A stretch of 64,000 nt of DNA from Eledone cirrhosa. Taxonomy: Eukaryota. A program made the position numbers and the translations under genes. A model generated the notes under the pieces. That model searched no databases. It saw nothing but the letters and a program-made list of their open reading frames with translations, and was not told the origin of the DNA. The DNA is taken from contig OZ024743.1 of assembly GCA_964016885.1 (NCBI GenBank), positions 242,296,001 to 242,360,000 on the forward strand, in the 5' to 3' direction. Shown one piece after another: positions 50,501-64,000 of the stretch (position 1 is its first letter; every line of letters begins with the position of its first letter).

Positions 50501-53500
50501 TACACTCGCAACACACACACAATGACATACACTAACATATACATGATACACTCGCAACACATACGCAATGATATACACTAACATATACATGATACACTCG
50601 CAACACATACACACAATGATATACACTAACATATACATGATACACTCGCAACACATACACACAATGACATACACTAACATATACAAGATACACTCGCAAC
50701 ACATACACACAATGACATACACTAACATATACATGATACACTCGCAGCACATACACACAATGACATACACTAACATATACATAATACACTCGCAAAACAT
50801 ACACACAATGACATACACTAACATATACATGATACACTCGCAACACATACACACAATGACATACACTAACATATACATGATACACTCGCAACACATACAC
50901 ACAATGATATACACTAACATATACATGATACACTCGCAACACATACACACAATGACATACACTAACATATACATGATACACTCGAAACACATACACACAA
51001 TGACATACACTAACATATACATGATACACTCGCAACACATACACACAATGATATACACTAACATATACATGATACACTCGCAACACATACACACAATGAC
51101 ATAGACTAACATATACATGATACACTCGCAACACATACACACAATGACATACACTAACATATACAATGATATATACTAACATATACATGATACACTCGCA
51201 ACACATACAAAATGATATACACTAACATATACATGATACACTCACAACATACACACAATGATATACACTAACATATCCATGATACACTCGCAACACATAC
51301 ACAATGATATACACTAACATATACATGATACACTCACAACACATACACAAAATGATATACACTAACATATACATGATACACTCGCAACACATACACACAA
51401 TGACATACACTAACATATACAAGATACACTCACAACACATACACACAATGACATACACTAACATATACATGATACACTCGCAACACATAGACACAATGAT
51501 ATATACTAACATATACATGATACACTCACAACACATACACACAATGACATACACTAACATATACATGATACACTCGCAACACATACACACAATGATATAT
51601 ACTAATATATACATGATACACTCGCAACACATACACAATGATATACACTAACATATACAAGATACACTCGCAACACATACACAATGATATACACTAACAT
51701 ATACATGATACACTCGCAACACATACACACAATGACATACACTAACATATACATGATACACTCGCAACACATACACACAATGATATATACTAACATATAC
51801 ATGATACACACGCAACACATAGACACAATGATATACACTAACATATACAAGATACACTCGCAACACATACACAATGATATACACTAACATATACATGATA
51901 CACTCACAACATACACACAATGATATACACTAACATATACATGATACACTCGCAACACATACACAATGATATACACTAACATATACATGATACACTCACA
52001 ACACATACACAAAATGATATACACTAACATATACATGATACACTCACAACACATACACACAATGACATACACTAACATATACATGATACACTCGCAACAC
52101 ATACACACAATGACATACACTAACATATACATGATACACTCGCAACACATGGACACAATGATATATACTAACATATACATGATACACTCACAACACATAC
52201 ACACAATCACATACACTAACATATACATGATACACTCGCAACACATACACACAATGATATACACTAACATATAAAAGATACACTCGCAACACATACACAA
52301 TGATATACTCTAACATATACATGATACACTCGCAACACATACACACAATGATATACACTAACATATACATGATACACTCGCAACACACACACAATGACAA
52401 ACACTAACATATACATGATACACTCGCAACACATAGACACAATGATATACACTAACATATACATGATACACTCACAACACATACACCCAATGACATACAC
52501 TAACATATACATGATACACTCGCAACACATACACACAATGATATACACTAACATATACATGATACACTCGCAACACACACACAATGACATACACTAACAT
52601 ATACATGATACACTCACAACACATACACCCAATGACATACACTAACATATACATGATTCACTCGCAACACATACACACAATGATATACACTAACATATAC
52701 ATGATACACTCGCAACACACACACAATGACATACACTAACATATACATGATACACTCGCAACACATACACAATGATATACACTAACATATACATGATACA
52801 CTCGCAACACATACACACAATGATATACACTAACATATACATGATACACTCGCAACACATACACACAATGACATACACTAACAGATACATGATACACTCG
52901 CAACACATAGACACAATGATATATACTAACATATACATGATACAGTCACAACACATACACACAATGACATACACTAACATATACATGATACACTCGCAAC
53001 ACATACACACAATGACATACACTAACATATACATGATACACTCGCAACACATAGACACAATGATATATACTAACATATACATGATACACTCACAACACAT
53101 ACACACAATGACATACACTAACATATACATGATACACTCGCAACACATACACACAATGACATACACTAACAAATACATGATACACTCGCAACACATACAC
53201 ACGATGACATACACTAACATATACATGATACACTCGCAACACATACACACAATGACATACACTAGCATATACATGATACACTCGCAACACATACACACAA
53301 TGATATACACTAACATATACATGATACACTCGCAATACATACACACAATGATATATACTAACATATACATGATACACTCGCAACACATACACACAATGAC
53401 ATACACTAACATATACATGATACACTCGCAACACATACACACAGTGACATACACTAACATATACATGATACACTCGCAACACATACACACAATGACATAC

Positions 53501-56500
53501 ACTAAAAAATACATGATACACTCGCAACACATACACACAATGACATACACTAACATATACATGATACACTCGCAACACATACACACAATGATATATACTA
53601 ACATATACATGATACACTCGCAACACACACACAATGACAAACACTAACATATACATGATACACTCGCAACACATAGACACAATGATATACACTAACATAT
53701 ATATGATACACTCACAACACATACACACAATGACAGACACTAACATATACATGATACACTCGCAACACATACACACAATGATATACACTAACATATACAT
53801 GATACACTCGCAACACACACACAATGACATACACTAACATATACATGATACACTCGCAACACATACGCAATGATATACACTAACATATACATGATACACT
53901 CGCAACACATACACACAATGATATACACTAACATATACATGATACACTCGCAACACATACACACAATGACATACACTAACATATACAAGATACACTCGCA
54001 ACACATACACACAATGACATACACTAACATATACATGATACACTCGCAGCACATACACAATGACATACACTAACATATACATGATACACTCGCAACACAT
54101 ACACACAATGACATACACTAACATATACATGATACACTCGCAACACATACACACAATGACATACACTAACATATACATGATACACTCGCAACACATACAC
54201 ACAATGATATACACTAACATATACAAGATACACTCGCAACACATACACAATGATATACACTAACATATATATGATACACTCGCAACACATACACACAATG
54301 ATATATACTAACATATACATGATACACACGCAACACACACACAATGACAAACACTAACATATACATGATACACTCGCAACACATAGACACAATGATATAC
54401 ACTAACATATACATGATACACTCGCAACACATACACACAATGATATACACTAACATATACATGATACACTCGCAACACATACACACAATGACATAGACTA
54501 ACATATACATGATACACTCGCAACACATACACACAATGACATACACTAACATATACAATGATATATACTAACATATACATGATACACTCGCAACACATAC
54601 AAAATGATATACACTAACATATACATGATACACTCACAACATACACACAATGATATACACTAACATATACATGATACACTCGCAACACACACACAATGAC
54701 ATACACTAACATATACATGATACACTCGCAACACATAGACACAATGATATATACTAACATATACATGATACACTCACAACACATACACACAATGACATAC
54801 ACTAACATATACATGATACACTCGCAACACATACACACAATGATATATACTAATATATACATGATACACTCGCAACACATACACACAATGACATACACTA
54901 ACATATACATGATACACTCGCAACACATACACACAATCATATATACTAATATATACATGATACACTCACAACACATACACACAATGACATACACTAACAT
55001 ATACATGATACACTCGCAACACATACACACAATGATATATACTAATATATACATGATACACTCGCAACACATACACAATGATATACACTAACATATACAA
55101 GATACACTCGCAACACATACACAATGATATACACTAACATATACATGATACACTCGCAACACATACACACAATGACATACACTAACATATACATGATACA
55201 CTCGCAACACATACACACAATGATATATACTAACATATACATGATACACACGCAACACATAGACACAATGATATACACTAACATATACAAGATACACTCG
55301 CAACACATACACAATGATATACACTAACATATACATGATACACTCACAACATACACACAATGATATACACTAACATATACATGATACACTCGCAACACAT
55401 ACACAATGATATACACTAACATATACATGATACACTCACAACACATACACAAAATGATATACACTAACATATACATGATACACTCGCAACACATAGACAC
55501 AATGATATATACTAACATATACATGATACACTCACAACACATACACACAATGACATACACTAACATATACATGATACACTCGCAACACATACACACAATG
55601 ATATATACTAATATATACATGATACACTCGCAACACATACACAATGATATACACTAACATATACAAGATACACTCGCAACACATACACAATGATATACAC
55701 TAACATATACATGATACACTCGCAACACATACACAATGATATACACTAACATATACATGATACACTCACAACATACACACAATGATATACACTAACATAT
55801 ACATGATACACTCGCAACACATACACAATGATATACACTAACATATACATGATACACTCACAACACATACACAAAATGATATACACTAACATATACATGA
55901 TACACTCACAACACATACACACAATGACATACACTAACATATACATGATACACTCGCAACACATACACACAATGACATACACTAACATATACATGATACA
56001 CTCGCAACACATGGACACAATGATATATACTAACATATACATGATACACTCACAACACATACACACAATCACATACACTAACATATACATGATACACTCG
56101 CAACACATACACACAATGATATACACTAACATATAAAAGATACACTCGCAACACATACACAATGATATACTCTAACATATACATGATACACTCGCAACAC
56201 ATACACACAATGATATACACTAACATATACATGATACACTCGCAACACACACACAATGACAAACACTAACATATACATGATACACTCGCAACACATAGAC
56301 ACAATGATATACACTAACATATACATGATACACTCACAACACATACACCCAATGACATACACTAACATATACATGATACACTCGCAACACATACACACAA
56401 TGATATACACTAACATATACATGATACACTCGCAACACACACACAATGACATACACTAACATATACATGATACACTCACAACACATACACCCAATGACAT

Positions 56501-59500
56501 ACACTAACATATACATGATACACTCGCAACACATACACACAATGATATACACTAACATATACATGATACACTCGCAACACACACACAATGACATACACTA
56601 ACATATACATGATACACTCGCAACACATACACAATGATATACACTAACATATACATGATACACTCGCAACACATACACACAATGATATACACTAACATAT
56701 ACATGATACACTCGCAACACATACACACAATGACATACACTAACAGATACATGATACACTCGCAACACATAGACACAATGATATATACTAACATATACAT
56801 GATACAGTCACAACACATACACACAATGACATACACTAACATATACATGATACACTCGCAACACATACACACAATGACATACACTAACATATACATGATA
56901 CACTCGCAACACATAGACACAATGATATATACTAACATATACATGATACACTCACAACACATACACACAATGACATACACTAACATATACATGATACACT
57001 CGCAACACATACACACAATGACATACACTAACAAATACATGATACACTCGCAACACATACACACGATGACATACACTAACATATACATGATACACTCGCA
57101 ACACATACACACAATGACATACACTAGCATATACATGATACACTCGCAACACATACACACAATGATATACACTAACATATACATGATACACTCGCAATAC
57201 ATACACACAATGATATATACTAACATATACATGATACACTCGCAACACATACACACAATGACATACACTAACATATACATGATACACTCGCAACACATAC
57301 ACACAGTGACATACACTAACATATACATGATACACTCGCAACACATACACACAATGACATACACTAAAAAATACATGATACACTCGCAACACATACACAC
57401 AATGACATACACTAACATATACATGATACACTCGCAACACATACACACAATGATATATACTAACATATACATGATACACTCGCAACACACACACAATGAC
57501 GAACACTAACATATACATGATACACTCGCAACACATAGACACAATGATATACACTAACATATATATGATACACTCACAACACATACACACAATGACAGAC
57601 ACTAACATATACATGATACACTCGCAACACATACACACAATGATATACACTAACATATACATGATACACTCGCAACACACACACAATGACATACACTAAC
57701 ATATACATGATACACTCGCAACACATACGCAATGATATACACTAACATATACATGATACACTCGCAACACATACACACAATGATATACACTAACATATAC
57801 ATGATACACTCGCAACACATACACACAATGACATACACTAACATATACAAGATACACTCGCAACACATACACACAATGACATACACTAACATATACATGA
57901 TACACTCGCAGCACATACACAATGACATACACTAACATATACATGATACACTCGCAACACATACACACAATGACATACACTAACATATACATGATACACT
58001 CGCAACACATACACACAATGACATACACTAACATATACATGATACACTCGCAACACATACACACAATGATATACACTAACATATACAAGATACACTCGCA
58101 ACACATACACAATGATATACACTAACATATATATGATACACTCGCAACACATACACACAATGATATATACTAACATATACATGATACACACGCAACACAC
58201 ACACAATGACAAACACTAACATATACATGATACACTCGCAACACATAGACACAATGATATACACTAACATATACATGATACACTCGCAACACATACACAC
58301 AATGATATACACTAACATATACATGATACACTCGCAACACATACACACAATGACATAGACTAACATATACATGATACACTCGCAACACATACACACAATG
58401 ACATACACTAACATATACAATGATATATACTAACATATACATGATACACTCGCAACACATACAAAATGATATACACTAACATATACATGATACACTCACA
58501 ACATACACACAATGATATACACTAACATATACATGATACACTCGCAACACACACACAATGACATACACTAACATATACATGATACACTCGCAACACATAG
58601 ACACAATGATATATACTAACATATACATGATACACTCACAACACATACACACAATGACATACACTAACATATACATGATACACTCGCAACACATACACAC
58701 AATGATATATACTAATATATACATGATACACTCGCAACACATACACACAATGACATACACTAACATATACATGATACACTCGCAACACATACACACAATG
58801 ATATATACTAATATATACATGATACACTCACAACACATACACACAATGACATACACTAACATATACATGATACACTCGCAACACATACACACAATGATAT
58901 ATACTAATATATACATGATACACTCGCAACACATACACAATGATATACACTAACATATACAAGATACACTCGCAACACATACACAATGATATACACTAAC
59001 ATATACATGATACACTCGCAACACATACACACAATGACATACACTAACATATACATGATACACTCGCAACACATACACACAATGATATATACTAACATAT
59101 ACATGATACACACGCAACACATAGACACAATGATATACACTAACATATACAAGATACACTCGCAACACATACACAATGATATACACTAACATATACATGA
59201 TACACTCACAACATACACACAATGATATACACTAACATATACATGATACACTCGCAACACATACACAATGATATACACTAACATATACATGATACACTCA
59301 CAACACATACACAAAATGATATACACTAACATATACATGATACACTCACAACACATACACACAATGACATACACTAACATATACATGATACACTCGCAAC
59401 ACATACACACAATGACATACACTAACATATACATGATACACTCGCAACACATAGACACAATGATATATACTAACATATACATGATACACTCACAACACAT

Positions 59501-62500
59501 ACACACAATCACATACACTAACATATACATGATACACTCGCAACACATACACACAATGATATGCACTAACATATAAAAGATACACTCGCAACACATACAC
59601 AATGATATACTCTAACATATACATGATACACTCGCAACACATACACACAATGATATACACTAACATATACATGATACACTCGCAACACACACACAATGAC
59701 AAACACTAACATATACATGATACACTCGCAACACATAGACACAATGATATACACTAACATATACATGATACACTCACAACACATACACCCAATGACATAC
59801 ACTAACATATACATGATACACTCGCAACACATACACACAATGATATACACTAACATATACATGATACACTCACAACACATACACCCAATGACATACACTA
59901 ACATATACATGATACACTCGCAACACATACACACAATGATATACACTAACATATACATGATACACTCGCAACACACACACAATGACATACACTAACATAT
60001 ACATGATACACTCGCAACACATACACAATGATATACACTAACATATACATGATACACTCGCAACACATACACACAATGATATACACTAACATATACATGA
60101 TACACTCGCAACACATACACACAATGACATACACTAACATATACATGATACACTCGCAACACATACACACAATGACATACACTAACATATACATGATACA
60201 CTCGCAACACATACACACAATGATATACACTAACATATACAAGATACACTCGCAACACATACACAATGATATACACTAACATATATATGATACACTCGCA
60301 ACACATACACACAATGATATATACTAACATATACATGATACACACGCAACACACACACAATGACAAACACTAACATATACATGATACACTCGCAACACAT
60401 ACACACAATGATATACACTAACATATACATGATACACTCGCAACACATAGACACAATGATATATACTAACATATACATGATACACTCACAACACATACAC
60501 ACAATGACATACACTAACATATACATGATACACTCGCAACACATACACACAATGATATATACTAATATATACATGATACACTCGCAACACATACACAATG
60601 ATATACACTAACATATACAAGATACACTCGCAACACATACACAATGATATACACTAACATATACATGATACACTCGCAACACATACACACAATGACATAC
60701 ACTAACATATACATGATACACTCGCAACACATACACACAATGATATATACTAACATATACATGATACACACGCAACACATAGACACAATGATATACACTA
60801 ACATATACAAGATACACTCGCAACACATACACAATGATATACACTAGCATATACATGATACACTCACAACATACACACAATGATATACACTAACATATAC
60901 ATGATACACTCGCAACACATACACAATGATATACACTAACATATACATGATACACTCACAACACATACACAAAATGATATACACTAACATATACATGATA
61001 CACTCACAACACATACACACAATGACATACACTAACATATACATGATACACTCGCAACACATACACACAATGACATACACTAACATATACATGATACACT
61101 CGCAACACATGGACACAATGATATATACTAACATATACATGATACACTCACAACACATACACACAATCACATACACTAACATATACATGATACACTCGCA
61201 ACACATACACACAATGATATACACTAACATATAAAAGATACACTCGCAACACATACACAATGATATACTCTAACATATACATTATACACTCGCAACACAT
61301 ACACACAATGATATACACTAACATATACATGATACACTCGCAACACACACACAATGACAAACACTAACATATACATGATACACTCGCAACACATAGACAC
61401 AATGATATACACTAACATATACATGATACACTCACAACACATACACCCAATGACATACACTAACATATACATGATACACTCGCAACACATACACACAATG
61501 ATATACACTAACATATACATGATACACTCGCAACACACACACAATGACATACACTAACATATACATGATACACTCACAACACATACACCCAATGACATAC
61601 ACTAACATATACATGATACACTCGCAACACATACACACAATGATATACACTAACATATACATGATACACTCGCAACACACACACAATGACATACACTAAC
61701 ATATACATGATACACTCGCAACACATACACAATGATATACACTAACATATACATGATACACTCGCAACACATACACACAATGATATACACTAACATATAC
61801 ATGATACACTCGCAACACATACACACAATGACATACACTAACAGATACATGATACACTCGCAACACATAGACACAATGATATATACTAACATATACATGA
61901 TACAGTCACAACACATACACACAATGACATACACTAACATATACATGATACACTCGCAACACATACACACAATGACATACACTAACATATACATGATACA
62001 CTCGCAACACATAGACACAATGATATATACTAACATATACATGATACACTCACAACACATACACACAATGACATACACTAACATATACATGATACACTCG
62101 CAACACATACACACAATGACATACACTAACAAATACATGATACACTCGCAACACATACACACGATGACATACACTAACATATACATGATACACTCGCAAC
62201 ACATACACACAATGACATACACTAGCATATACATGATACACTCGCAACACATACACACAATGATATACACTAACATATACATGATACACTCGCAATACAT
62301 ACACACAATGATATATACTAACATATACATGATACACTCGCAACACATACACACAATGACATACACTAACATATACATGATACACTCGCAACACATACAC
62401 ACAGTGACATACACTAACATATACATGATACACTCGCAACACATACACACAATGACATACACTAAAAAATACATGATACACTCGCAACACATACACACAA

Positions 62501-64000
62501 TGACATACACTAACATATACATGATACACTCGCAACACATACACACAATGATATATACTAACATATACATGATACACTCGCAACACACACACAATGACAA
62601 ACACTAACATATACATGATACACTCGCAACACATAGACACAATGATATACACTAACATATATATGATACACTCACAACACATACACACAATGACAGACAC
62701 TAACATATACATGATACACTCGCAACACATACACACAATGATATACACTAACATATACATGATACACTCGCAACACACACACAATGACATACACTAACAT
62801 ATACATGATACACTCGCAACACATACGCAATGATATACACTAACATATACATGATACACTCGCAACACATACACACCATGATATACACTAACATATACAT
62901 GATACACTCGCAACACATACACACAATGACATACACTAACATATACAAGATACACTCGCAACACATACACACAATGACATACACTAACATATACATGATA
63001 CACTCGCAGCACATACACAATGACATACACTAACATATACATGATACACTCGCAACACATACACACAATGACATACACTAATATATACATGATACACTCG
63101 CAACACATACACACAATGACATACATTAACATATACATGATACACTCGCAACACATACACACAATGATATACACTAACATATACAAGATACACTCGCAAC
63201 ACATACACAATGATATACACTAACATATATATGATACACTCGCAACACATACACACAATGATATATACTAACATATACATGATACACACGCAACACACAC
63301 ACAATGACAAACACTAACATATACATGATACACTCGCAACACATAGACACAATGATATACACTAACATATACATGATACACTCGCAACACATACACACAA
63401 TGATATACACTAACATATACATGATACACTCGCAACACATACACACAATGACATAGACTAACATATACATGATACACTCGCAACACATACACACAATGAC
63501 ATACACTAACATATACAATGATATATACTAACATATACATGATACACTCGCAACACATACAAAATGATATACACTAACATATACATGATACACTCACAAC
63601 ATACACACAATGATATACACTAACATATACATGATACACTCGCAACACACACACAATGACATACACTAACATATACATGATACACTCGCAACACATAGAC
63701 ACAATGATATATACTAACATATACATGATACACTCACAACACATACACACAATGACATACACTAACATATACATGATACACTCGCAACACATACACACAA
63801 TGATATATACTAATATATACATGATACACTCGCAACACATACACACAATGACATACACTAACATATACATGATACACTCGCAACACATACACACAATGAT
63901 ATATACTAATATATACATGATACACTCACAACACATACACACAATGACATACACTAACATATACATGATACACTCGCAACACATACACACAATGATATAT
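8542..64000. repeat. 48-bp tandem satellite array (>55 kb, runs off the window end)
   Basis: Consensus AATGA(T/C)ATACACTAACATATACATGATACACTC(G/A)CAACACATACACAC. Frequent 46-bp variants and rarer 47-, 36- and 22-bp variants. Single orientation, no TE interruption seen. About 1,150-1,200 monomers estimated from length. Confidence 0.98.

Noticed and set aside
8542-64000. Hundreds of ORFs with 16-aa repeats (MIYTNIYMIHSQHIHT; MCCECIMYMLVYIIVC) suggesting a His- or Cys-rich metal-binding protein
   Set aside because: 48 bp is a multiple of 3 and several frames lack stops by composition. Frequent 46/47/22-bp units shift frame at random, and there is no unique domain or codon-position constraint.
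8542-64000. CRISPR-like or recombination-cassette array
   Set aside because: Monomers are contiguous with no unique spacers, no cas or recombinase gene is present, and the context is eukaryotic.

Overview
Eukaryotic, gene-free, repeat-derived DNA, most likely from an octopus or other cephalopod (inferred from a tRNA-derived SINE resembling the abundant Octopus family and dense AC/AT/ACAT microsatellites). Bases 1-8540 are a nest of retroelement debris: two ~0.6 kb internally deleted RTE-type elements in tandem with (ATGT)n tails, a 5'-truncated RTE LINE ORF ending in three C2H2-like fingers, a degenerate RTE 3' end, three SINEs with target-site duplications and a ~79-bp mariner-like MITE. The most notable part is a Penelope-like element (3579-5875) set in (TA)n. 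It has an endonuclease C-terminal remnant, ~830-bp inverted pseudo-LTR arms and a type I hammerhead ribozyme with a U3-A8 variant core (UUGACAA) and a long stem II, intact in one arm and triply mutated in the other. From ~8542 to the window end (>55 kb) lies a 48-bp satellite (roughly 1,150-1,200 monomers) made of two related half-units, with nested higher-order duplications from 474 bp to ~12.5 kb. The many ORFs in the satellite and microsatellites are artefacts.
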